A stretch of 64,000 nucleotides of DNA from Ruditapes philippinarum. Its lineage: Eukaryota. Each line of letters opens with the position of its first letter. Position 1 is the first letter of the stretch. Position numbers and translations under genes: made by a program. The notes beneath the pieces were generated by a model. The model was not told where the DNA came from. It did no database searches and saw only the letters and a list, made by a program, of their open reading frames with translations. The DNA lies in the NCBI RefSeq assembly GCF_026571515.1, contig NW_026864773.1:62001-126000 (forward strand), in the 5' to 3' direction. This document shows, piece by piece, positions 11,401 to 23,418 of this stretch.

Positions 11401-14165
11401 GGCAATGATGTCATTTAAAGCACGCGACGTGTCTTACATGGGTTTTTCTAGCACCGTCGAAAACGGTAGATAATCCTTTCTGATAAGCGAGAACAATGTA
11501 ATATATGATGCTCAGAATAATACATTGTGTATTTTGCATCGAAATGAAACCTCGTCAATTAGATCTATTCAAACAACTTTTTACAGTGATATAAAGCACA
11601 TTTTTGTTTGACCTATGAAGTGCTAAATACATAGAACTAAACTTGTTTACGTTATTATTTTTGATTTGATGCAGTAACCGTAGAAGTGTAAGATAAGTGT
11701 ACCTGTTTTGTTTCATCTCAAGATGTACACCACAGCTTCCTTTTAACAATTACTTTTTGTAATGAACAAAACGATCTGCACATGTAATTATTGTATTTAA
11801 TCACATGCCGTGTCTACTATTACGTATTATCAAAATCCACGTTTGACAATATATGAATAACACATGACTGATGGGATGAAAGAGGATATTATCAACCAGG
11901 GAACTGGTATATTACCCCGTGGCGCAGACATGTGTTTTATTTTATTATACCAAAAGACCTACAACTACAATATTTGTAAGGTACGCAGTCAAGGGAACAA
12001 ATAGAATACACATCAGGGTACACATAAGTAAGAAATCTTCACCGGGGTAAATCTCCTAGGGTAATATTCAACAGAACACATAATAGGCCTATACTGAATA
12101 TGTAGTTATGCAAAAGTTATGTGCCACAAGGTGATATAAGAAATATTCCCGTTGGAGTATTTATCAGGAGGGTGATATTTAATCAGAACAAATAAAAGGC
12201 TATGGGATTTTTACTTGAAAGGATATATTGAGGTGTAATACATTGTTTTATTTCATCACACGTACCATACAATGAGCGAAGAGGTTTCCATTCTATTACA
12301 TATCTGTTAAGTAACATTAACATTGCTTTATACAAACATGATTTGTAATACAAGATAGATCTTCTCAAAATCAAATATGTTTAATATTTGCTCTTTTGAT
12401 ATCTTAATCCTGCAAGATACTTCTTTATTTGTTACCATTTTATAGGAATCACAACAACTTGGTCGGTTCTTTCAAACACAATGTTGATATTACTGAATTA
12501 TCCACAATATCAGAAGCTGCTCCAGAATGAGTTTGACAGGGAAATTGGAAGACAACGACTTCCGACATTTAAAGACCGAAGTAATTGCCCATTTTTCAAA
12601 GCATTTGAGCTGGAAGTGCATAGATACATTACAGTTGTCCCACTTATGTTGCCTCATAAATGCAAAGAAGACATAGACTTTGAAGGATATGATATTGCAA
12701 TGAACAGTACAGTAAGTTATCGTCAACAAATCTAGCTAAGTATTTGAAAACATAAGTACAAATATGGAACGCCTGGACTGTCTTATGTGTAGAATGACTG
12801 ATATACATGGTTAAATGTCATTCTGTTGAGTCTTGACTTGACTGAATAAAATACAGTCAGCACACAATATAGCACTTCAATAACTGAGCACATTAGAATT
12901 TCCACCCAGCATTTTGTATCTCGGACTCAACAGAAAGACATTTAACCATGTATATCATTCATTATTAACATAAGACAGTCCAGACGTTCCATATACATAT
13001 ATAGCTTTAATTATGTGTGGATGATGTGCATGAATATATCAAAATACACACACGTTTTCGTCTTATATTGAAACATTTGTCAAATTGTCAGCTTTGATTT
13101 GAAGATTGTATAATCACATTCACATCATGTCATTGCAATTACCTACGGGTCATGTTCCCTGCTTCCACCTGAACATTGTTTTGGCGGTCAAGTAGAGCGC
13201 ACGAGATACTATGTCGTGATCACGAGTAAGTAACTCCAGCGCACAGCATAATATATGGCACGATTCAGTCACGCAAGGCCATGACTTAGTAACTCGTGCG
13301 CACCACTTAAGTATCTTGTGTGCACCCCTTAGTACCTCATGGTCACGACATAGTATCTCGTGCCCACCAGTTACTTTACTCCTGAGCGTGACTTGGTTAC
13401 TCGTGGTCACGATATAGTATCTCATGTACGAGATAAATAAAAACTCACAAACGTCATTTCTGTGCCACTGCGAGGTTCACTTTTGTCGCGTTTGGTTAAA
13501 GTTTTCTTGTTCTATCAACATCATTCAAATAGACATTTAATAAAGTTTTTAGAAAAATTTCATTAAAAACATTTTCTTTGTAAGAATACAACAAATTAAA
13601 AGTTATCTTTGTATTGAAAGGTAATTGGGAATAGTTGGTATATCCACCACAACAAGGAGATTTGGGGAGATCCATGGACATTTCGCCCAGAGAGATTCTT
13701 GGACGAACATGGCAACGTGCTGCCTTCTGAACACATATTGCGAAAGAAGTATTATAATAGTTCACTAGATTCAAGCTCATGATCGGCCTATAATATTTAA
13801 ATTATAAGAACAGTTTAAATTAATGATTTTCTGTTTAAAATCTACTGTACCGCTATTTTCTTTACATTGTAAATGAATTTTACTATTTAACGAGATTGAA
13901 AAAGTTATAAGTTGATATATCAATCCTGGATGAAGAAAAAATGATATTGAACTCTTTCTGTTTGTTTCGCTTGATACCTTTTAAAAAGGGGTTGCGCAAG
14001 TCGGGAAAAACCCTTCGCGAAGAACCGTTTTTTCTTTAGCGAAAACCTTTTGCGCGCGGGTTTTTTGGTTTTCCTAAAGAAACATCTCGTGTGATCGGAT
14101 TTCCCGAAAATTTGATTCTTTTTGTTAATAAGACAAAACCCGTTTACAGTCCGAAAAGCGGATAA
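8450..14165 (+). CDS. Cytochrome P450, clan-2-like (CYP17/CYP1/CYP2-like); exons 8450-9004, 10376-10588, 10893-11031, 12446-12711, 13621-13748, ~13970-14165 (last exon corrupted)
   Basis: N-terminal membrane anchor, hinge GPKGLPILGN, I-helix DIIDGGITTTWS, K-helix EVHR and FRPERF. Introns 1-4 are GT-AG with matching phases (0,0,1,0). Exon 5 ends in phase 2 and joins the last-exon remnant N-LIPF..G.R..G.TFAKNR.F. Confidence 0.9.
9880..10300. repeat. Crypton-like palindromic element, copy A (CYP intron 1)
   Basis: Hairpin tatctagcttgagggtaaatgttta...taaacagttaccctgagagctagata, homologous along its length to 11090-11500. Confidence 0.65.
11090..11500. repeat. Crypton-like palindromic element, copy B (CYP intron 3)
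   Basis: Hairpin aatatctagctcgagggtaactgttta...taaacaggttaccgagagctagatatt, with the same downstream motifs (tcatttaaa..gc.cgac, gtagataatcct) as copy A. Confidence 0.65.
12762..12994. mobile_element. MITE with ~70-bp terminal inverted repeats (CYP intron 4)
   Basis: atatggaacgcctggactgtcttatg...atatacatggttaaatgtcattctgttgagtc pairs with gactcaacagaaagacatttaaccatgtatat...cataagacagtccagacgttccatat. Confidence 0.85.
13190..13450. repeat. Repeat built from degenerate ~21-bp units (cgtggtcacgacatagtatct-like)
   Basis: Recurrent gtgcgcac / ggtcacga / atagtatctc motifs in both orientations. Confidence 0.55.
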
Positions 14166-14899
14166 AAATTTTATGCTTACTATTTCTGTCGATGATTTTT
14201 TAAATGTATTCATTTCATAACAAAAATTGGGATTTTTAAAATAATATTTTGATTTAAAATACTATTTTAAATAGAGGTTATTTAGCAAAAAAATTATTTA
14301 TCTTTTTCGGTGACGCTCAAAAAAGCTTTTTTCATTTTAAACTTTAAATCTTTTTAAAGTAAATTTTTGGGTTTTTTGATTCGATTCTGGGATATACAAT
14401 GATACAGGTAACGAAAATCTGATGTGTATAATTTATTGTAAGAAAACTGTTTCATCTAAAATTAATGTTCCTCCTCTGTATGTGTTAGGTTAACTTGTGT
14501 AAGAAATGTAAAATTTAGGTCAATTTTGATGGTCATTTAAAAAAAAGTTTTATTTGTAAAGTTTAATTTGTGTTAAAATATTAATAACGAAACGTAGTTC
14601 AATATTGCCAACATTTTACGACGTGCAATGACATTGATTAAACTGTTACATAAATATGAAATATAGTCGCGCATATTTATTTTGCATGTTAATACATGAC
14701 AACAAATTACCTAGTAAGTCTTTAATTAACAAAGAATGGTTCTTCATATGCATGTAAATTTATCTTAACTAAAGTCTTGTGTACGATTTGATATTTGCCT
14801 TTGTTATACTAGATAAAATATTTGATTGTTAATTACCAAATGTAAGTCGATTGTTAATTTGCAATGTAATAACTTAGTATATACTTACAATTAGTAATA

Positions 14900-17800
14900 T
14901 TCTGGTTCTATAGTCAATTAAAAAGTCATAGCAAACAAAATGTATTCAGGTTATGTCAATATACATTACTAGCAGAATAAATTTTACATAATTTTAATGT
15001 TGTTTTTGTAGTTATCAACAGTCTGTAGTCGTTACCTCACTACGAACTGTGCATATGAATTTGAGCAAAACATCACACATTAAGGCATGTAAAATGTTTT
15101 GTTTATTAATCATCTTATACATATTGAGGCGACATGTAAGCTTTTAAAATCAATTAAAAGCTTAAACAAAACAAAACAAAAACAACAAAAGAAAAAACGA
15201 ATAATTTTAATTTAATTTAATATAAATGATTTATGTCCAATAGGATTGTAGTATATCAAATGAAGCGCGACTGACCAATTTAATTTTGTAAAAAGGTAAT
15301 AATAAACTTTGAACTATACATTAAACATCATTTTTACTTTAATTTCTGCTTGACTTTCCGTGATAACAAATATCCCTTTATTATAATCATAAACATTTTA
15401 TAAAAAAATGAAATATGTATTATAATGAAACAAAATGAATCTTCAACCTTTGATTCAATTCTACCACGCAGAGTTAATAATGCACCGACACGTTTAGCTT
15501 CACCTCAGAAAGTGATACCAAAGAAATCAACCGGTAATTCAAACCGTGTGTGTACATGTAGAAAGAGAATGATTTGCCGCAGGTAAATGTTTATGTTTTT
15601 ACTCCTACATTTTAGAATATTAGTCACTTTTGAAGTATTTAAATTCTTTCATGAAGCTTTCGATTTGGGTTTTTTTTATTTTAGTTTTTTAATTAGATTT
15701 CTTTTCTTTAATTTAAATACAACTTAACCAACCGTGCCTTCAAAGTCTCAAACATCCGCTGTTTATAAAATATCTTTAGTGTCTCGTTTAAGTGAACGGT
15801 CGTTACCCGTAAGTTTTATCTTATTTCCAACTGCAATAAACAACTCCTTATCACATGATTTAAAGACGTTTTGTTATCATTTACCAACCGGAAACATTGT
15901 CTTTGCAACGCAGAAAAAGACAAATAATAAGTTTAAAAAAAAACTTTCGATCAGAACACAACGTTTCCTGATGAAGAAAATCAAATCTTACTATAAATGT
16001 ATGTATTTTGAGAACAATGGTCTGAAGAATTCCCTTTTTTTCAAATTTTTACTTTTTCTTTTAACAATATCGTCATATTTTGTGGTATCTGTCTCTTCTA
16101 TCGATAATAGACAGCGGGAAATAACGATGGCTGCGTAACCATTTTTTAAAAAGCCATTGCCCGCTTTGACTACACGAACGTAAAATAAATAAATGACACT
16201 CGAGGTTTTATTGAAAAATAAGCAAGAACATTTTAACAGTTGGGTAGACACAATCAGAAATATAAATATTCAGTGTNNNNNNNNNNNNNNNNNNNNNNNN
16301 NNNNNNNNNNNNNNNNNNNNNNNNNNNNNNNNNNNNNNNNNNNNNNNNNNNNNNNNNNNNNNNNNNNNNNNNNNNNNNNNNNNNNNNNNNNNNNNNNNNN
16401 NNNNNNNNNNNNNNNNNGCGCAAGCGGTCTCTGTTTGTTCGTCATTTATTCTTGGAAATGTCCGTGTATGTAAACTAAACCACAGAAACAAAACGACGAT
16501 AGCTGCTTTATCTATCTGAAATAATAAAGAATATTTGGAATCATACAATTGCCATCTTTTACGGATTACAAGATATGTAAATTTTGGAAGTAAAATAGAA
16601 GGCTGAACAACATTAGATATAACTTTTGACATTGATCTGATGTACTAGGCCCCTTTTCTTTATTCGTTCGTACAGTCAAATGAAGAGAATACACAAAATG
16701 TGTTTAAGTTAATGAGAAATCAGCATCGAATGGATATTGTAAACGTAAAGCCCTCTTTGCACCTAACATATGAAAACAAGATCTACAAGGAAGGGCGGCG
16801 CAAATGAACGCAAAAAAACCTTATTTGTTATCGCATGAAGGAAATGTTTATACCAAAGGAAAAGGATGTAAAATACTGCAAATTGCACTGGATAATAAAG
16901 GTTATTACAAATGATAAAAATGGTGTCTAATAAATTGGAAAACTTGATCATATCACAACAATTTAAAGTAATAGTCATTACGTCGATGTTAGTGAATTAA
17001 TAAAACGATTTATTCTAAGCTTTAATGTTCAAACATTTTGATATATTGGTCTGTTGTTGTTACCGTATTAGTAATCGAAAACGGTATGATCATATCAATT
17101 GGGCGATTATCATATTCGTTTTTTTCTTGAGAACCCACGGGTGAAAAACCGAAAGATATTTTTTCTTAGATTAGATTAGAAATTTAGTTTTTATAAATAA
17201 TATTTAATGCAATAAGAAAAAACCACTTAAATTCTTTGTTTCCGTATGTTATCCGTTTGATTGAAACTTTACATTTTGGATAGATATATAACATATGACA
17301 AAAGTAATATCAAGGCCATATCATTATATACGATTACAAGAGACCTTTTTTCTTCGTTTTTTGAGGGATACATTATATACAGCCATAGTATCGTTAGTGA
17401 AATGTGTACTACAATTACCTCACGTATACTACAATATATAATTTCATTTCTGCCTGACAACAAAATGACTTTACACAAGATCAGTGCTAACTATGTACCT
17501 TAATCTGAAATAAAAATGCAAATGATGGAGGGAGAGCTGTTCTTTGTATATTGACAAGCCTTACTTTGTACCTTTTCTTCGATAGACATGACTTAAAATA
17601 TGCAAAACAATACTTGTTTTTGTTTCATAACCATTTGATTTTTCTAAGTTAGGCTTATATATTCATAAGCCTATTTCAAAGAATGCCTGAATAATCATGT
17701 CGCAATCGACACGCTATAATTTTTAATCAATATCCAGTTGCTTGCAACAGCGAACCTTTTCTAACGTACTTTAAACACATTTTTAATTCGGAAATGTCTC

Positions 17801-19750
17801 CAAGAGGACTATAGGCGATTTTTTGTAACATACTATCATAAGCAAATATGTTTAGCGGAACAAAATATCAAACATAAAGCTCGGATAAACTATAAAACCT
17901 CAAGTTGACTATATATCTAACGAAATCAGTTTCAACAGTATTGCTTATTGTTTGATAACTTGCTCCATGCAGCAAGATTGTATAACGGTGTCATTAAATC
18001 GTCGGCAGACAATTGTCTGTTGTCGTCGTATGACCAATTGATGATGGTGGCAGATACCTGGCATCCCTGACGGATTGGATATTTGCTGACGGATGGACTA
18101 CAATGACGAGATGAGATATCCAGGTAACAAGTTAAACTTTTCATATTCTTAAGATTTAAAATATCAAACAAAGACATTAAAAAATTCAAACAAATAAATA
18201 TCTATTACAAACCGGTAATTGGGGATCGAAAAAAGGGATTGCTGTCTCATATTTTTACTGACGTCCTTTGCCTTTTTAATAAAACAAAGCGTTTAAATTG
18301 AAAAACAAAATCAACGCAAGGTCATTTTAATGAACGCAACCTACACACGGGCCAGCGGCAAAAGGCCAGGACCCCAAAAATAACAGGACAGGGTACAAGG
18401 CAGAGCATTGACAGGATACTCACTTTAATATTACATAAATGTAGATTATAGTACTCGACATGGAAATCAAATTATGACCAATATAGCGGTTTCCGGACGG
18501 CAACGACATTAGCAATGTCAACAATACTATCGCTGTAACATGGCTTTTTTCTCCTGAAAAAAATCAAGCTAGAATGGCTAGCTACTTCAAGCAAATTTGG
18601 ATGCTCGGAACTGCACAAATGTGATTTTTACTTTAAGAGTAGGGAACGTTTTTTGATATGTATGTGTGTGTCAAAACATAAGAAAATATTTTAATCACAC
18701 AACGAAAGTATTCTAAATTGACACTCTATCATTCTTAATCAGATCACTTCTTTATTTCATATTTGTTTTAAACTTTTTCTATACTTTTCAGTTTTTTTCT
18801 CGCGATGGTCTATGGGCTACAAAGACTTTTTTAACAAGCTCAAACGCATTTAAATTTTGGAAAACTATTGCCCCCATGAATTTTTCAGCACGTCCGGTTA
18901 TGCTTTGTTTCTTGTGTGGATGTCAAAGGGTTCCAAATTTTTTTGTGGTTTACCCAAAAAAGTTTGGTTATAGGGCACGATTAAATTGCGTTTAAGAAAG
19001 CAAATGTCTTTTGTAAATTGGTGTAAAATAAACGTACAGATACGATTTCAAAGCAAAAGACCGGGAAGATATCTTATGTATGACATTTTGGATCATATGG
19101 AAAATATTTAAGAATCAACGATAAAAAAACATTCATGTTCCTTTTCATTGCAACAAACTATAAAGTGTAAATTAATGTTTCTATTACAAACACTTGAGAA
19201 ATGTTCAAAGTACTCCAGTTTTTAATATGTATAAGTCCTTAACATAAAACTGTAAGTCGCGTGGTATTTGGTACATAATTAAAAATTACTATTGTCTTAA
19301 TTGCCGCGGCGTTTAATGAATGAAATATTGGCACAGGATGGACATTCAAAAAGTCTTTTAACATGTGTAATAGAGAATAGTGATACCAAATGGTAAATGT
19401 ATACGTTAAAACACAGACTACTAAAATGTCAATTTGAAAAAGTTGTAGTTGTTGTTGGTCTTAATCCGGATGATATAGCATATAGACCTTTTTTACCATG
19501 CAAAATGTCTTTAGTAACGGAAAAAGCAATTTGCGCATGTGCATTCTGTGTGGTGCAAATTAGCGAATCTTTGTTCAATCATATTTACCCTCACTTGAAT
19601 TTACTGCACTTTAAATATAAGTTCCTACGGAAATACCCCATAATAGTACATTGTAATGGTGTACGAGGCTTTGTAAGAGTCTTGTAATTGTAAATATTAA
19701 TAAATACACTCAAGTTGGATTTCATTTTTTTGTGATAATATTTGAATGAT
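14900..19750 (-). pseudogene. Remnants of two to three decayed family B (Methuselah-like/adhesion) GPCR genes
   Basis: GYAAIVISRC...FFRPLFS (~16000-16150); CQVSATIINWSYDD...DDLMTP..NNKQYC (~17930-18070); ITHVKRLFECP (~19340-19370) followed by TM1-like GVL..FTLYSLL..NMNVFLSLIL. All on the minus strand and heavily disrupted. Confidence 0.4.
16277..16417. other. Assembly gap (141 N)
   Basis: Run of N. Confidence 1.
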
Positions 19751-20574
19751 TCCACAGCAGTACGAGGAAATGCATGGACCTATTTTACGAATTTGTCTTT
19801 GCTTGTGTACTAAAATGCCTGCTAGAAAAATTTAAAACGTTATAATTTTATAATCTATTTTATAACCGTATTTGATACATCAGTTTTCTGTGATTCATGA
19901 TAACTTGGTTTTAGCAATTATTGTTTTGCATTCCCAATAAGCCGAATATTTTTGTCTCACTGTCTGTAAAATGGAACAAGAGGGCTTTTGTGTACGAAAG
20001 AATTGTATAAGACTTGTCTTGGTTCTCATCATTTTCCCTTTTGTAAAAAAAAACTTGTGGATTTTTTTTATTTGTATGTGCATTATATATACTTTTTGGA
20101 ATTGATATTTATTTTTGTTTAGGATCTTAAGCCCCATTTACACAGTCCCGGTTTGCCACGGTTTAGTCCACCGGGATCAACCTAGGTAAACCGGCGTAGG
20201 GTCTTACCGATTCCGTGAAGTACCGGAAAACACCGTGGTAAACATGACGGGAGTTCGCCACGGTTGTATTTAAAAATGATTAATACAACCGGGGCTCACT
20301 GGTACTTACGGGGAGGAAGCTCAGGACCATGTTCTATCTGCTTGGCACCGGGAATCGTCGGTTAACCACCGTTTCTATACCGCATCCATACTGGAAGAAA
20401 TCGTAGTTAACCGGGATACATATGAATGGCAAAGAACCGGTGATGAAACGATGTCACCAAAATAAAAACAGGCAGAGCTACGGTAAAGCCAGTGAAAATT
20501 GTGGCTTGAACCGGTAATGTCCGGAATATACAACGTTGATAGACGGTGGCGTCACGACCTCACGTCGATAACAG

Positions 20575-20990
20575 GGCTGCGTTTCATGGAGAGTCCTAAG
20601 TCTTAAGTTTGTCTTAAGTCAAAAATTGTCACAACTTTGCGTTTCAAAGAAAGTCTTAAAAAAGGTCCTAACTTATGACTCCTAAATTTATGACCAAAAA
20701 AAGTCCTAAGTCTAGGAGTGTTTTAAAGGTATCTTAAGTTTGTCCTAAGTCAAAACCATTCCGAAATCAAACATGGCGGCGTTCATGATACTGTTTCAAA
20801 GAAGGAGGGCCCTGCGCCGGGAGAGAGTTTTCAGGGACAGGTCACAGGCGCTAGACGTCTATACTGACGACGAATTGATTAGCCGTTATAGGTTTCCCAG
20901 GCAATCGATCTTGGAAATCACCGATTCGGTGAAAGGTGATATTGAGAGGCCATCGTTTAAGGGTCATGCTATTCTGCCCATATTCAGGTA
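20575..20990 (+). mobile_element. PIF/Harbinger transposon 5' end with first exon of a HARBI1-like transposase (20773-20987)
   Basis: CAG followed by ggctgcgtttcatggagag and repeated cttaag/cctaag subterminal motifs. ORF MAAF...RRERVFRDRS..LD.YTDDELISRYRFPRQSILEI is a typical Harbinger transposase N-terminus. A 1-nt frameshift precedes ..AHIQ|gtaatt. No later exons or right TIR were found. Confidence 0.85.
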
Positions 20991-21699
20991 ATTAAAACGG
21001 TTTCTTTAATATTATCATACTTAATATTTAGCTATTTATAGCCTTTATCAAATTTTGTAAACGTATGAAATGTAAAACTTTAAGTTACCACCGCTCTTCA
21101 TCGAGGAGAAACGAGCACCTGTTCAAGTTGTTTACAGTCGTTTCCGTTTACAGTAGCGTTACTGAAGATAATAACTTTATTTAACAATTTAAAATCTTTA
21201 AAAAGACTTTAGTTTGTAAAGTTATCTGGATGGTTTATTAACAATATTTTGCCAAGCTTATAAGACAATTATTGCGGAAGGCGCGTTTCAAAATGGACGA
21301 CTTGTCAAGATGTTGGAACTGGAAGAAAAACTCACGTTGTGTACTGCAGTATACTGTAAATAATAACGTAAAAAATTATGAAACATTATATCAACTTCTG
21401 AAAGATGCCTATGGAACTGTTATAGAGGTAAGCTGTATTTGGTTAAATGGTCAAGTCTGCCCTATACTAATTCCCCTCCCCCATCCATATATATGGCACA
21501 AAATCACAATTATTTTTCACCGGGCCACATGACAAGGGATCATACAAGGGTTACACAAGGTTACAGTGGGATACAGTGAATTTCAATCATGTTACAGATA
21601 TTTTTAAAATTAGATTTTGACTTTTTTGTTATTTATTTCACCTAGAGATACTACCCCCATCAACCATTCCACTCCCCCCCTTTCCAATAAAATATATAT

Positions 21700-22045
21700 A
21701 TTTATCCTGCTACTGTCTATATCATCAGCTGGATAAAGCCTTGCCGGATAGACTTATCTATCTCCAGTCATTACGTCATATGATGACGTCACATATTTAG
21801 CAGAAAAACAAAGCTACATGTAGATGCTATTTTATCGGGGAAAAAGAATAATGAAACCATTTAATTATTCTATAAACATGATAAATAGCAGGATAAATCA
21901 AATACATGGTTGATGTCGGGATGGAGAAGGTTTATCCGGTTCGCCGTGAAAGTGAATCTTGGCTCGCTAAAGCTCGCCAAGATACACTTTCTCGCTCACC
22001 GAATAAACCTTCTCCATCCCGAAATCAACCATGTATTTTCTATAT
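21700..22045. repeat. Crypton-like palindromic element
   Basis: Near-perfect hairpin 21901-22037 (aatacatggttgat.tcgggatggagaaggtttat / ataaaccttctccatcccga.atcaaccatgtatt), plus the short inverted pair tttatcctgcta / tagcaggataaa. Confidence 0.7.
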
Positions 22046-22668
22046 TTTCATTTATTATTGTAAAGGTTGTGTTTTGTTTTCATTAAACAATATTTTAATG
22101 TATTTCTTTGGTAGATCTATTCTATCAATGATATATAAGGGTCATTCTATTTTTTATTTATGAATTACGATTTTTTATGTCCCTTTGACCTTCGCTACTA
22201 TTATTTGTCTATATTTTTAAATAAAATAGAAAAAACTGTCAGTACCTATTAAATATACAATGAACCCATGAAAAAATAACAAAAACTCAATAAAACTATA
22301 AAAAAGTTCAAAATATTCACCAACTCCGGATTAGACCTCCTTGATTTCCTGACGTCCCTTTGCGTAGTATCGTAATTATTGTTTTAAATATAACTTTAAA
22401 TGATTGATTTCTATTGGCTATTTTCTCATAAAAGTTTATAAATATGAACAAGTAACTGTTATAAGGTAAGTGAATAGGAATTTTAAATTAAGAAATGTAA
22501 ATTATATTTTTGTAAAAATTGTCCCTGAGAAAAGTTTCCCTTCCGTAACCGTCGTAGTAAAGTGTCCGCATAACAAAATGTACCCGACCAGTGAACTTTT
22601 ACTGTGACGTAATTTACAGTTTTAACGCGCGCAATGTTTATCCTGAAACGTGTTTGAGAGATCCAGCG

Positions 22669-23418
22669 ATGGAAGATGTAAAACTAAGACGTAAGTACCT
22701 GAGTTTTCATACGTATACTTATTCATTTCCGTACTGTATTTACACAGTGTATCTACATTGTAAGTCAATTATGTCTTCCGTTGCCGAATATGTCTCGAGT
22801 TCCTGTACACATATCTGAAGGCGCCATTTTGGTATCACGGGTGATTTATTCGGGACAAGGCAATTACAGACAAATTTTCATTTCCGTAACTTTCATTTCC
22901 ATAACCATTTTGAAAGCCATCTTGGTTACGGTAATGTAATAATGGTTACGGAAATGAGTAAACTGTTGTTTTATATCTATAAAAACATATAATAAGAGTT
23001 TTTTTGTGCACCCCACGAAGTGTGAGGCATAGTTTTATCAATGAAAATTGCTAATTAACATTTTACTATATAATCATACAAAATTTATTAAAATTTTTGC
23101 ATTGATAATGCAGATTTAAAATAAATCTTGTCTTATTATGTTGTGACTATAGATCTATTACGAATTTCAACTGTTTCAGAGAGAATCAAGACACTTGACT
23201 TTTTTGACAAACACTTAGGAAAGCTTCAAGGCCAGTTATCTACACTACTGCAAACAAGAAGGGTTACGTTAGCCTGGGCACAAGCTGTTCGGAAGGTATT
23301 CGAGGAAATTGAACAAGTGGAAGATACCATTTTGCTCATACGTAGAAGGTTAAAGGAAAATGCCACTCACCAATGCAGAAAAACAGAAACGTTGGCGAGA
23401 TCGCCAGAAGCAGAATGA
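22669..23418 (+). CDS. Predicted spliced 86-aa helical ORF upstream of and overlapping the Sola2 transposase (exons 22669-22690, 23180-23418)
   Basis: gcgATGgaa start. MEDVKLR-c|gtaagt ... ctgtttcag|ag joins in frame to RIKTLDFFDKHLGKLQGQLSTLLQTRRVTLAWAQAVRKVFEEIEQVEDTILLIRRRLKE...AE*. Confidence 0.5.

Noticed and set aside
16193-16632. ORFs spanning the N run
   Set aside because: Artefacts of translating an assembly gap.
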